DNA of 64,000 nucleotides. Origin: an uncultured Bacteroidales bacterium. Lineage in GTDB: Bacteria; Bacteroidota; Bacteroidia; Bacteroidales; UBA7960. Below, piece by piece: positions 30,716 through 42,962 of this stretch (the stretch's first letter is position 1; every line of letters begins with the position of its first letter). The DNA lies in the NCBI GenBank assembly GCA_964614525.1, contig CAZTPA010000005.1, positions 5,089-69,088 on the forward strand, read 5' to 3'. A program made the position numbers and the translations under genes. The notes under the pieces are model-generated. The model did no database searches. It was not told the origin of the DNA and was given only the letters and a program-made list of their open reading frames with translations.

Positions 30716-31807
30716 ATGAAAAGTAAATACTCTTTAATTCTTGGAAGGCCTTTAGGTATCAAATTGTCTGTTCACTGGACTTTTCTGCTTTTAATTGCTT
30801 ATATAGTTTTTATTAGCATTCAGCGAGGACTGAACGTTCAACAAATATTAATGCACATAATTTTTGTTTTCGCAATATTTGTTTGCGTGGTGTTGCATGA
30901 GTTAGGACATTCTTTGGTAGCAATAAAACTTGGAGGAAAAGTTCACAGCATCACTTTATTGCCAATAGGAGGGATGGCTAATATTTCAGAAATGCCGGAA
31001 AAACCGAGGGATGAATTTTTAATGTCTTTAGGTGGGCCTGTTGTAAATGTTATTATAGCTTTTATTGTATGGATATATTTAAAATTCGCACATCCGGTTG
31101 CCGTTGATGAAATGACTTTTGAATATATCACATTAGATAATTTCCCGCTAATGTTAATAGCAGTCAATATTTTTATTTTGGCTTTTAATTTAATTCCTGC
31201 ATTTCCAATGGATGGCGGAAGATTGTTTCGATCGGCATTGGCAATGAGATATAGCAGGTTGAAAGCTACCAGAATTGCAAAAAATATAGGACAGGGTTTT
31301 GCTGTTCTTTTTATTATTGCAGGATTATATTTTAATCCTTTTCTTATTGTTATAGGATTTTTTATTCTGTTAGGAGCCGGCAGTGAGTATGAGATGACAA
31401 AGCAACAATATGTTTTGAATAAGTTTGAGGTAAAAGATATCCTTGTAAAGAAATATGCAAAGCTTGATGAAAATGACACAATAGAAAAAGCTGCAAAAGA
31501 AATAGTTAAAATCCCCAATAAAGGTTTCGTAATCACTTCTGATGATGAATATATTGGCATTCTATCAAAAAACAATATTATTGATGCCTTGAGCAATTTT
31601 GATAAATCAACAAAAGTTAAAGAAGTAATGAATAAAAATATTCAAACACTTTCTCCCGAAACAGAATTATTTGAAGTATATAAGAAAATGACCCAAAACA
31701 ACCAAGATATTTTGCCTGTAATGAAAAATGACAAATTTATCGGTATTCTGGATATAGAAAATGTAAATGAACTGGTTCTTATACAAAATGCTAAAAGTAA
31801 AGTCTGA
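30716..31807 (+). CDS. Site-2 protease (M50) with C-terminal CBS pair
   Basis: HELGH, FNLIPAFPMDGGR, two CBS repeats. Confidence 0.92.
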   Translation: MKSKYSLILGRPLGIKLSVHWTFLLLIAYIVFISIQRGLNVQQILMHIIFVFAIFVCVVLHELGHSLVAIKLGGKVHSITLLPIGGMANISEMPEKPRDEFLMSLGGPVVNVIIAFIVWIYLKFAHPVAVDEMTFEYITLDNFPLMLIAVNIFILAFNLIPAFPMDGGRLFRSALAMRYSRLKATRIAKNIGQGFAVLFIIAGLYFNPFLIVIGFFILLGAGSEYEMTKQQYVLNKFEVKDILVKKYAKLDENDTIEKAAKEIVKIPNKGFVITSDDEYIGILSKNNIIDALSNFDKSTKVKEVMNKNIQTLSPETELFEVYKKMTQNNQDILPVMKNDKFIGILDIENVNELVLIQNAKSKV

Positions 31808-31818
31808 TTTTAGTATTT

Positions 31819-31852
31819 AAAAAAGCCTGATAATCTTGCTTATCAGGCTTTT
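31819..31852. terminator. Bidirectional intrinsic terminator
   Basis: aaaaaagcctgataa-tcttgc-ttatcaggctttt. Confidence 0.75.
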
Positions 31853-32057
31853 AAGTCTCTTTTTCCCCGGATACGCCCATACCCAAAAAACAAAACTTCC
31901 AATAAGTGCTCAGGGCTTAGCTCAAAATAGACTGTTTCGAGCTTGTTGCAGAGTGCATTGAGTAATATGCATTACAGGGGAGTTCTCTTATTTTCGAATG
32001 GCTTTGTAGTTTAGAAATGCAATAGTAGTAAAATAATGTAAACCTGCGAAGCATCGA

Positions 32058-32579
32058 TTATTTGGTTAAAATGAGAGAACTTAGTATTTCTTCTATATCT
32101 TTTGAAGAAGTAATCATCACTTCTTCAACTATACCCCCAATTGATTTAGCCAAAACCCCTGTATTCATTCGTGAGATATAGGTCTTTCCATCGCTTTTTT
32201 CATAAACGCTAACTCTGCATGGCATCAAGGACGAAACTATTCTTTCGTCGTCTTTCAATAAAATTTCACTTGAATGTTTTGGATGACATAAAGCAAAAAC
32301 TTTTACCGGCAAAACTTCTGTTCCATTATTTTTTAATGTTTTTTGCAAGTCGTGAACTACAACAACTTTCCATGATTTTTTCTCAATTTTGGCTGTTAGT
32401 TTATTAATTGTTTCGGCAAAACTATATTTGCTCTCATTTTCCAAAAACATTGCGTCCTTGTTTTGATTTTCTTGTGTTTGTTTATTATCGTTCTTATATG
32501 TTATTGCATAGCAATTTTGTTGCATCAAGAAAACCAAAGAAAGAGCAATAGCAGTACTGAAAATAATTCTTTTAAACAT
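32058..32579 (-). CDS. DUF302 domain protein with signal peptide
   Basis: SKYSFAETI, HDLQKTLK, CHP, LMPCRVSVYEKSDGKTYI. Confidence 0.85.
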   Translation of the reverse strand: MFKRIIFSTAIALSLVFLMQQNCYAITYKNDNKQTQENQNKDAMFLENESKYSFAETINKLTAKIEKKSWKVVVVHDLQKTLKNNGTEVLPVKVFALCHPKHSSEILLKDDERIVSSLMPCRVSVYEKSDGKTYISRMNTGVLAKSIGGIVEEVMITSSKDIEEILSSLILTK

Positions 32580-32869
32580 AATAATGATATTTAAAGTTTT
32601 TTCCTACTCATTAGGCTTTTCGGATTCGCCCCGTTTTTTTTGTGGTAGCTGGTCTCCATATTTTTGTAAATAGTGTAATTTGTTTGTTTTAAGCATTATT
32701 TAGTAAACATAATTAAAAAATCTTACAATGCAAAATCCTGTATATTGATAAATGTTTTTATATATTGAGCTCAAAATCCACAGGAAGCTTTTATTGAATT
32801 CTGATCTTTTGAGATGCTTAGGCTGCTATTTATTTTTCATTATTTAGTTGCACGTAAATCATTTATAAC

Positions 32870-33601
32870 TTAACTGCGCCAATTTATTTCATTTGATTTA
32901 CGACTTTCTGCAACAGCCTTCTTTTCAACTTCCAGAAGATTGGTTGTTATATTATTTTCCTTTAATAATGCTGCCATGAAAACAGTATTTTCCACAAGTG
33001 TTCTCTTTGTGCGATTGGTATATAAATGTTTGCTTCCTTCAGCATCCAGATAAGAAGGGCCGGGGCCTGCCTGACCCACCCAGTAGCAATCGGCTCCGGG
33101 AGGAATAGTACAACCAAAGCGGTACAAGCAAAAGTTTATAGTTTTTGCACAGAAATGTCCGCCATCCTCTGTTCCGGTTATTACCGCACCACCTACTTTA
33201 TTATATAAAGGATACTGGCCATTCTCCTTATTTCCTTCCGAATATGTACCCTCCAGACGTTCAAATAATCTTTGCGCAACTGATGAAATATTACCAATCC
33301 AAATTGGTGTGCCAATAATTATAATATCTGATTCCTTTATTTTTTTTAGTATTAAAGGCCATTCATCACCATTTCCCATATCTGATTTAATACCTGCAGG
33401 AATATTATAATCAACAACTCTTACAAAATCACTTTTTATTCCATGTTCTTTTTCATATACTTTTGCAACATCATCGATCAAACCCTGCGTATGAGAAACT
33501 TCCGGGCTAGTTTTAATTGTGCAATTCAGAAATAATGTTTTCAGCTTTGAGTAATCTTTGTTAGAAGATTTTTCTGTTTTTTGATTCTTGTTTGTTTCCA
33601 T
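32870..33601 (-). CDS. Flavodoxin-fold NAD(P)H-dependent FMN reductase-like protein
   Basis: LFLNCTIK...SHT, IIGTPIWIG, NKVGGAVITGTEDGG, WVGQAGPGPSY. Confidence 0.85.
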   Translation of the reverse strand: METNKNQKTEKSSNKDYSKLKTLFLNCTIKTSPEVSHTQGLIDDVAKVYEKEHGIKSDFVRVVDYNIPAGIKSDMGNGDEWPLILKKIKESDIIIIGTPIWIGNISSVAQRLFERLEGTYSEGNKENGQYPLYNKVGGAVITGTEDGGHFCAKTINFCLYRFGCTIPPGADCYWVGQAGPGPSYLDAEGSKHLYTNRTKRTLVENTVFMAALLKENNITTNLLEVEKKAVAESRKSNEINWRS

Positions 33602-34197
33602 AAATAAGATTTTTTTAAATGATATAAATAGATTTAAAATATGCTATTCAAACTTTTTGTGTAATTACGGTAAGTTGAAAAAGATTTATTTTTCATTAAA
33701 TATACAAATATGGATATCAAACCCAAAGCAAACATTAATGAATTTTTGTAATTACTTTCACCTTAGGTATTTATTAGATAAAAATAGCAAGAAAAAATCG
33801 TGGCAAAACGAATGCTCACGCGCTCTATTAGAATGCTGTGGTCAGAACCAATACGGGCAAAGCCTTTTTGGATGCAATTTATTGTATTCTCACTATAGTG
33901 AAAATTCATATCTATCTTTGGAGGCTTTTGCAATAATTAATGAAAATCATATTGGCGGCAACTGTAAGATTCTGATGGTTAGCTCCGCAGTTGTATCAGA
34001 TACTGTATTTGGTTTTTGTAAATAGTGAAAAAAAACAGGAACATAAGCGCAAAAACCTTTTGAGACTTGAATTGTAAAAGGATGAGGCTTATAGTTGTAT
34101 GAGAGTTTAAGGATTAAATGCAAATTGAAATATTTTGATACAAGGAGTGTGAAATTTTTTTTATAAATTCTATCTTTGACCCAAAATTCATAATATC

Positions 34198-37032
34198 ATG
34201 AGAAGAACATTTTTGTTTTTACTTTTATTTTGTAGCCTTGGCTTTATATCAAATTTTCTTAAAGCTCAATATGCACCTGTATTTCCACAATACAGAAACA
34301 TCGATAGTTTATCGAACTACAGGCATTACCAAAGTTTTGTTGAAGAGTTTGAGGCATCAAAAAATCATGATCAGCTAATTGCAAACTTTGATAGTCTTGC
34401 AAATGTGAGTTATGCTGATAGTGATTATCAACAGTGGTTATTTTTCAAAAACGAAGTGGCACAGCTTTGCATAATATCAGAGCAAAATCAAAGGGGGCTT
34501 GATTCGATTCAAAAGACAATGAGTCAATATACTAAGCTTGCCGACACTTTGAATTTTGAATACGCCTACTCATTACGTCAATATGCCATCTTGCACAATC
34601 GCGTATTGGGATTAGACCCCAAGCTTGAGCCTTCATATATCTCTCGCCTTGCCATCTTAAACGAACTTGGCATTGATGAAATTCCTTATACTACAGCATT
34701 GGTTGACTATGGTTTTTACCTGCAAAGAATAGATTTTCCAAGAGCACTGGACATACTTGTAAAAGCAAGGAAATCGGCTATCCAAAACAATAGTATTAGT
34801 AATATGCTTGGTGCTGATTATGCGATTATTTCCCGGATTCTTAGTCAGGATTTCCAGGAAACATCCATAGAAGTATTGCGTACTAACCTAAATATTCTTG
34901 CACAAAGTGAGCAGAATTTTACCGTACGTTACTATTCAGCATTCTTTAATTACCTTTTGGGTGATAAGCTATACAATTCTCACACTAAGGATTACGACAA
35001 AATTATTGAAGCTAACATTGCAGCTATCAATATATTAGATTCGCTGAATTATCCCACATGGGATATTAAATCGTCGGTTCATTCAATGCTTGGGTATTGT
35101 TTTTCGGAGCAAGATATGCCTCAGGAGTTTTGGCATCACTTTTTGAAAGCTAAAGATATTATCTTAAATGAGAATATGACTGTAAATAACAGACCATTAG
35201 TAATGTCGAACCTTGCTGATGCTGCACTCAGGTTTTCCCCGGACTCTTCAAAAGTGCTTATTGATATGATAAAGCTAGAAGAGGGCTACACAACATACAT
35301 TGAACGGTATATAGAAATTGAAGCTCGCTACCTGGAAGCAACAAAACAACATAAAAAAACAATTGATTTGCTAACAAACTTCTTTCCTGAAACCATTGAA
35401 GTTGATGGCTATATGCTACCCCTTTTTACCGATTCTCTTGATTATATCAATCAGTTTTCCTATTTCTCAAAGCTTCAGAACGCTTACAAATTTTTGGAAG
35501 AGAAAAATCAGGATGATAATTACAACAAGCAGATTTCTCACCTGATTCAGCAGCAACAATTAGCATACATATCTTCTCTCTCCAAGGATGTATTTAGTAA
35601 TGAACCTACATTAATCAGCAAAAACTACAACGACTTTGTATTTAATTCCTTGCCCTACCTTATTTCTCAAAACCAAGGGCAACTTGATGAGTTAACTTAT
35701 AGTATTTTTTTCACATCTAAGGCAATGCAGCTGGTTAGTAATATAAACAAAAACATTACTGATGCATTTATTGAGCAATCGCCAAGCTTTGCAAAGATGC
35801 TAAGGTTAAGGAACGATATCCAGCAAGCCCGATCTAAGCTAAATCAGGATAATCTTTCACAAGAGCGTATAAATGAATTGAATGCAGAATTGAGCAATCT
35901 TTTGATTGAACTATTAGTGCTAAGATACCAACTTTTATTAGATACCAGTATAGAAATAGAAATCCCAACTGTACCAAGCTTAGCCCAGGTTCAATCAACG
36001 CTTGATAAAGGGCAGGCTCTCATTGAATATTGCATCAGCGACAGTTTGCTAATGTATGCCTTGATTACCCCGGATAGTGCATATAACCATGCTGAACCAA
36101 TTGATGATTTGGATAGAATTATAATGGAAGAAATTCGTGCAGTTAGAACCGGAAGAAATCCGGGAAAACTCTCCAATGTTTTACTGGAAAAGATTGAACC
36201 GAAGTTATCTGGAATAGATCACCTTATAGTTATACCCGATAACTCCTTAGCCCAAGTTCCCTTCGAATGGCTTTTAACACCATCGTCAGGAAATATGTTA
36301 ATAGAGAACTTTACAATAACTTATAATTATTCAACAATGCTTTGGTATCAGCAAAAATCTATTGCCAAAGCAAAGCCTGCAAATAGCATTCTTTTGGTTG
36401 CACCCGTATTCGAGCATTATATAGCCCCTGAACATCTGGTAAACGCATATAGAGACAAATTGAATCTTGGTGCTCTTAGTTACTCCAAAAGCGAGGTAAA
36501 ATCAATTTATCAAAAATTCAATAAGAACGATTTTAAAACTAATATACTACTTGAAAGTGATGCTACGGAGTATAAGCTAAAACAAATAATGGGCGACTTT
36601 GACATTCTTCACATTGCTTCACACAGCACTGCCAACTTGCAAAGGCCTGAACTTTCCGGAATATTCATGTACAACGAAGATAAGACCACCCATGAGGAAG
36701 ATAATTTCCTTAGCCTTGGAGAAATATATAATTCTAAGCTTAGTGCTGATTTAGTTGTTCTTAGTTCATGTAAATCCGGCGTTGGAGGTATATTGGAAGG
36801 AGAGGGAGTTATGGCATTGCCCCGAAGTTTTATATATGCAGGTGTTCCTAACATAGTTTTCAGCCTGTGGAAAGTACATGATGAAAAAACCAAGATTCTT
36901 ATGGAAGCTTTCTACAGTCACCTTATAGCAGGCAAAACGTATGCCCAGGCTTTACGACAAGCCAAATTGGAATGTTTTGAAAAAGGGTTTATCCCGCTTG
37001 ATTGGGCAGGATTTGTGCTGATTGGTCACTAA
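34198..37032 (+). CDS. Secreted CHAT-domain (caspase-like, HetF-type) protease with helical/TPR-like N-terminus
   Basis: Signal peptide; ALIEY, IVIPDNSL..VPFE.L, LHIASH, DLVVLSSCKSG, GEGV, SLWKV.D, ALRQAK, WAGFVLIG; TATCTTTG box at 34171-34178. Confidence 0.9.
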   Translation: MRRTFLFLLLFCSLGFISNFLKAQYAPVFPQYRNIDSLSNYRHYQSFVEEFEASKNHDQLIANFDSLANVSYADSDYQQWLFFKNEVAQLCIISEQNQRGLDSIQKTMSQYTKLADTLNFEYAYSLRQYAILHNRVLGLDPKLEPSYISRLAILNELGIDEIPYTTALVDYGFYLQRIDFPRALDILVKARKSAIQNNSISNMLGADYAIISRILSQDFQETSIEVLRTNLNILAQSEQNFTVRYYSAFFNYLLGDKLYNSHTKDYDKIIEANIAAINILDSLNYPTWDIKSSVHSMLGYCFSEQDMPQEFWHHFLKAKDIILNENMTVNNRPLVMSNLADAALRFSPDSSKVLIDMIKLEEGYTTYIERYIEIEARYLEATKQHKKTIDLLTNFFPETIEVDGYMLPLFTDSLDYINQFSYFSKLQNAYKFLEEKNQDDNYNKQISHLIQQQQLAYISSLSKDVFSNEPTLISKNYNDFVFNSLPYLISQNQGQLDELTYSIFFTSKAMQLVSNINKNITDAFIEQSPSFAKMLRLRNDIQQARSKLNQDNLSQERINELNAELSNLLIELLVLRYQLLLDTSIEIEIPTVPSLAQVQSTLDKGQALIEYCISDSLLMYALITPDSAYNHAEPIDDLDRIIMEEIRAVRTGRNPGKLSNVLLEKIEPKLSGIDHLIVIPDNSLAQVPFEWLLTPSSGNMLIENFTITYNYSTMLWYQQKSIAKAKPANSILLVAPVFEHYIAPEHLVNAYRDKLNLGALSYSKSEVKSIYQKFNKNDFKTNILLESDATEYKLKQIMGDFDILHIASHSTANLQRPELSGIFMYNEDKTTHEEDNFLSLGEIYNSKLSADLVVLSSCKSGVGGILEGEGVMALPRSFIYAGVPNIVFSLWKVHDEKTKILMEAFYSHLIAGKTYAQALRQAKLECFEKGFIPLDWAGFVLIGH

Positions 37033-37438
37033 TTTACTTGTGTTTTTTCTCTTGCAAAGTATTTGAATCTTCACTCTTGATAAATTTGTGTAATTTAATT
37101 CTTAAGCATTATCACATTAACAGCTACTTGTCATTACTGATGAGACGTTTTGCTATTGTCTGCACGTGTATGCTGATTCGCCAGTGGTGTGTCTTTTAAG
37201 CCGTTAGTCCCGATATGACATTGCTTTTCAAGATTAAAAAAACATATAATAAAAACCTGCAAGTGCATTTATCAACTTGCAATATTTAGCTTATTCCATT
37301 CTCAAAACAGGACAAATTTCTGACTTGAAAATTTGCAAGTATTTTTTATGAATAAGATATTTTCTGATGAATTTAAATTTTCAATTAAAAATTATTTACT
37401 TTTGCAGTGCTTAAAAAAAAGTTCATAAAGTATTTTAT

Positions 37439-37522
37439 GCCCAGGTGGTGAAATTGGTAGACACGCTACTTTGAGGGGGTAGTGGCCGCAAGGCCGTGCA
37501 AGTTCGAGTCTTGTCCTGGGCA
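37439..37522 (+). tRNA. tRNA-Leu(GAG)
   Basis: gcccagg/cctgggc acceptor stem, anticodon arm ctact-ttGAGgg-ggtag, long variable arm, gttcgag T-loop; no encoded CCA; TACTTTTG box at 37397-37404. Confidence 0.96.
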
Positions 37523-37539
37523 CTCTTTTTACCTGTTTT

Positions 37540-37623
37540 GCCCGGATGGCGGAATTGGTAGACGCGCTAGTTTCAGGGACTAGTGTTGGCAACAACGTGC
37601 AGGTTCGAGCCCTGTTCCGGGCA
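37540..37623 (+). tRNA. tRNA-Leu(CAG)
   Basis: gcccgga/tccgggc acceptor stem, ctagt-ttCAGgg-actag anticodon arm, long variable arm, gttcgag. Confidence 0.96.
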
Positions 37624-37739
37624 CTTCAATAATCTTTTATTTTGTTTTTTCTTAAATAAAGCAAATCATTGCTTTCGTCTTGTCTTTTGTAGTATCTTTG
37701 TATAATGTACTTCGTAAAACTTAACCTCCTGCTATCCTG

Positions 37740-40733
37740 ATGATTAAAAAGAAAGAAAGTTCTTTTGATAAAAATATATTTGCTTTTGTTATTTCATACC
37801 ACGAAATATTAGGTACTCTGATTGAACCTTATGCAGTTCAGGAAAATGACAAAGGATTTTTCTCATATGATTTTAAAAAAATAAATAAGAAAACTTATAA
37901 TGATTTTTTTAATGAGAATGAACTTTCTGATGCTGAAAAAGCCGGCATTGATATTATTGATGAGTATTCAGAAGAAAATCTTTTAAAAAGATTTAATCGC
38001 AATAAAGCCAAAGCAAAGGATTTTACTGTTAGTTTAGAAAAAGATTACGTTGATAATCATATTAGGCCTTTTATTGACAAAAGATTATATAAGCTGGCAG
38101 GTATTCTGGCTAAAAATAAAATCCCGCTTTACTATAAAGGAGATATAAATGATAGAATTATAGAGGATGAAATATTTATTACTCCTGAGGAAACTGAAGT
38201 ATTATTTTGTTTTGATAAGCAAGAAAATCAAACCTTATATTCTTTAAAAATTAATCATAACAATAAAAAAATTGACCTGCAGACAGAAGGTGCTGAAATG
38301 TTAGCTGTTAATCCATGCCTGCTTTTTGTTAATAATGTTGTATATAGGTTCAATAGTGATTGGGACGGAAAAAAGTTACTGCCTTTCTTTAATAAAGAAA
38401 GCCTTATTATACCTAAATCTTCCGAAAAAATATATTATCAGAAATTTGTTTTAAATGCAGTAAAAAACTATAATGTTCAAGCTGTTGGATTTGATATTAA
38501 TTATTTTGATAAAGAAGTTAAGCCGATCATAAAACTTGAGAATGCATTAAACGGAGAATGTGTTGTGGGTTTGTATTTTAATTATGATGATTATATCACC
38601 TATGCTTATAAGGAGAAAGCCAATAATCATACTATAATCAGTGATAAAGCAAATAACTTTAATTTTTTAAAAATTAAAAGAGATGTTGATGCAGAGGAAA
38701 ATGCTGCTAATATTCTAAGCTCTTTTGGCCTTGTGCATAAAGAGGCTATGCAATTCTCTCTAAATGATGAAAAGCGTGATTGTGATGGCAATATAGATTC
38801 TCATGACTTAATTGACTGGCTTATCGGAGTGAAGGATAAACTGCTTGAAAAAGGCTTTAATATTTCTCAAAATATTTCCGTAAAAAAGTATTTGACAACT
38901 AAGCCATTGCTTGAAATAGATTCTCATGGCAAGCAAGATTGGTTTGACTTGAAAATAGTTGTAATGTTTGGAAAGCATTCTGTTCCATTTGTTAAACTAA
39001 AGAATAACATTCTAAAAGAAAACAGAGAGTATGTTCTGCCGGATGGAGAAATTGCTTTGCTGCCTAAAGAATGGTTTGCGAGGTTTAAAGATATCTTTCA
39101 TTATGGCGTGTTTAAAGGTGAAGAAATAAGCCTGAACCGACATCATTATACCTTATTGACTAATTTTGATAATGGGAAAAAATTTGCTATTAGTAAATCT
39201 GAGATTGAGCCGGTAAGAAATATTGATCCTCCAGCTGAGTTAAAAGCAGTTTTGCGTAACTACCAAGTTGATGGCTACAGATGGTTATTCTTTTTAATGA
39301 AGAATAAATTCGGAGGCGTTTTGGCCGATGATATGGGATTAGGGAAAACACTCCAGGTAATATGTTTGCTCTCAAAAATTTATCTTGATTCGGAAATAGC
39401 TGCTGATTATGAAGTTTCTACAGATTCAGATCAAGCGGATGATACTGGTTTACAACTTGATATTTTTGATCCGGACTCAAAAACTTCTTCAGTTAATAAA
39501 CTGCCCACACTTATAGTTATGCCATTGTCATTAATACATAATTGGGCAAGAGAAATAAAAAGATTTGCACCATACTTAAAAGTTTATCAACATGTAGGAA
39601 GCAATAGAGCAACTTCAGTTAAAGCTTTTAAACCATATAACATTATACTCACAACTTATGGAACCGTTCGCAATGATATTGATTTTCTTAAAGAATATCG
39701 GTTTCATCATGTGATACTTGATGAGAGTCAGATAATAAAAAATGCAGGTTCAAAGATTTTCAGGGCTGTAAAAACCCTGCAGTCGAATCACAGATTAGTT
39801 ATGACGGGAACGCCAATCGAAAATTCATTAACTGATCTTTGGTCGCAGTTTTCATTTTTGAATCCCGGAATGCTTGGCAGTTTATCATTCTTTAAGGAAG
39901 AATATGTTGTGCCTGTGGAGAGAGACAGGGATGTTCTAAAAAGAGAAAAATTACAGAAACTGATTCATCCTTTTGTGTTGAGAAGAACAAAAGATGAAGT
40001 GGAGAAAGAATTGCCGGAATTAACAGAGATGGTTCACTATTGTGAGATGACTGAAGAGCAGGAAAAGATTTATGAGGAGAAAAAGTCTGAAATCAGAAAT
40101 TATATAATTGATAATGTAGCAAAAGCAGGTATTGATAAAAGCAGATTTTTGATATTAAGTGGTTTGATGAGATTGAGGCTATTGGCAAATCATCCTGTTA
40201 TGACAGATCCTGAATATGTCTGGTCATCAGGAAAATATATTGAAATAACACGTAGCATTGAAAAACTGATTACTGAAAAACACAAGGTTTTGGTTTTTTC
40301 TCAGTTTGTAAAGCATCTTAATATTTTCAAAAACTATCTGGAAGAAAAAGACATTTCTTATAGTTTTCTAAGCGGCAATACATCCGGAAATGAGCGGCTG
40401 CAGCTTATAGATAAATTTCAGAATAATCCGGACAACAGGTTATTTTTGATTTCTTTGAAAGCCGGTGGAGTAGGTCTGAATCTTACAGGCGCTGATTATG
40501 TGTTTTTGCTTGACCCATGGTGGAATCCTGCTGTTGAAAATCAGGCAATTAACCGCGCACATCGCATTGGACAAGATAAAAAAGTATTTGTATATAAGTT
40601 TATAACCAGAAATACTATCGAAGAGAAGATTGCTAAATTGCAACAAAAGAAATCTGAGCTTGCCGGAATGGTTATCAATTCTAATAATCCATTAAATAAT
40701 ATGGATGTAGATCAGCTTCAAAGTTTGTTGTAG
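37740..40733 (+). CDS. SNF2-family DEAD/DEAH-box helicase
   Basis: LADDMGLGKT, LDESQ, MTGTPIEN, LISLKAGGVGLNL, DPWWNP, QAINRAHRIGQ. Confidence 0.95.
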   Translation: MIKKKESSFDKNIFAFVISYHEILGTLIEPYAVQENDKGFFSYDFKKINKKTYNDFFNENELSDAEKAGIDIIDEYSEENLLKRFNRNKAKAKDFTVSLEKDYVDNHIRPFIDKRLYKLAGILAKNKIPLYYKGDINDRIIEDEIFITPEETEVLFCFDKQENQTLYSLKINHNNKKIDLQTEGAEMLAVNPCLLFVNNVVYRFNSDWDGKKLLPFFNKESLIIPKSSEKIYYQKFVLNAVKNYNVQAVGFDINYFDKEVKPIIKLENALNGECVVGLYFNYDDYITYAYKEKANNHTIISDKANNFNFLKIKRDVDAEENAANILSSFGLVHKEAMQFSLNDEKRDCDGNIDSHDLIDWLIGVKDKLLEKGFNISQNISVKKYLTTKPLLEIDSHGKQDWFDLKIVVMFGKHSVPFVKLKNNILKENREYVLPDGEIALLPKEWFARFKDIFHYGVFKGEEISLNRHHYTLLTNFDNGKKFAISKSEIEPVRNIDPPAELKAVLRNYQVDGYRWLFFLMKNKFGGVLADDMGLGKTLQVICLLSKIYLDSEIAADYEVSTDSDQADDTGLQLDIFDPDSKTSSVNKLPTLIVMPLSLIHNWAREIKRFAPYLKVYQHVGSNRATSVKAFKPYNIILTTYGTVRNDIDFLKEYRFHHVILDESQIIKNAGSKIFRAVKTLQSNHRLVMTGTPIENSLTDLWSQFSFLNPGMLGSLSFFKEEYVVPVERDRDVLKREKLQKLIHPFVLRRTKDEVEKELPELTEMVHYCEMTEEQEKIYEEKKSEIRNYIIDNVAKAGIDKSRFLILSGLMRLRLLANHPVMTDPEYVWSSGKYIEITRSIEKLITEKHKVLVFSQFVKHLNIFKNYLEEKDISYSFLSGNTSGNERLQLIDKFQNNPDNRLFLISLKAGGVGLNLTGADYVFLLDPWWNPAVENQAINRAHRIGQDKKVFVYKFITRNTIEEKIAKLQQKKSELAGMVINSNNPLNNMDVDQLQSLL

Positions 40734-40771
40734 AATAGCATTAAAAATTATTACATTTCCTTTATACATTG

Positions 40772-40811
40772 AAAAAAGCCGGAACTTGATTATTAAGTGC
40801 CGGCTTTTTTT
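40772..40811. terminator. Bidirectional intrinsic terminator between SNF2 gene and gyrB
   Basis: aaaaaagccggaactt...aagtgccggcttttttt. Confidence 0.8.
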
Positions 40812-40865
40812 CTGTTGGCCTTATATTTAGCCAGACAGCTATAGTAAACTCTTGTATTTTAGTTC

Positions 40866-42845
<1,980 letters not shown>

Positions 42846-42939
42846 TTAATTAGAACCCACAAAGATACTATTTTTAAAGGGTTTTTTGGCAAAAAACTAT
42901 GAATAAAAGTGTGTTTTTTATTAACAATTCAAAACAGCT

Positions 42940-42962
42940 AAAAAGCCCTGTTGTCAGGGCTT
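42940..42962 (-). terminator. Putative terminator after the beta-barrel gene
   Basis: aaaaagccctg-ttgt-cagggctt gives hairpin plus U-tract on the minus strand. Confidence 0.55.

Noticed and set aside
30943-31596. 217-aa antisense ORF, and similar shadows at 26055-26537, 56604-57167 and 7339-7707
   Set aside because: Fully overlap well-supported genes on the opposite strand and have the Ser/Ile/Phe-rich composition typical of shadow frames
32604-32696. 30-codon minus-strand ORF MLKTNKLHYLQKYGDQLPQKKRGESEKPNE upstream of DUF302
   Set aside because: Too short, no motif or supporting signal; cannot be distinguished from chance
37392-37595. 67-aa minus-strand ORF
   Set aside because: Antisense to the two tRNA-Leu genes
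37439-37623. tRNA-Leu as integration site of a prophage or ICE
   Set aside because: No integrase and no duplicated tRNA 3' end found; the downstream gene is an ordinary SNF2 helicase
37740-40733. SNF2 helicase as part of a defence system (DISARM/Zorya/BREX-like)
   Set aside because: Stand-alone between tRNAs and gyrB, with no methylase, nuclease or other defence partner
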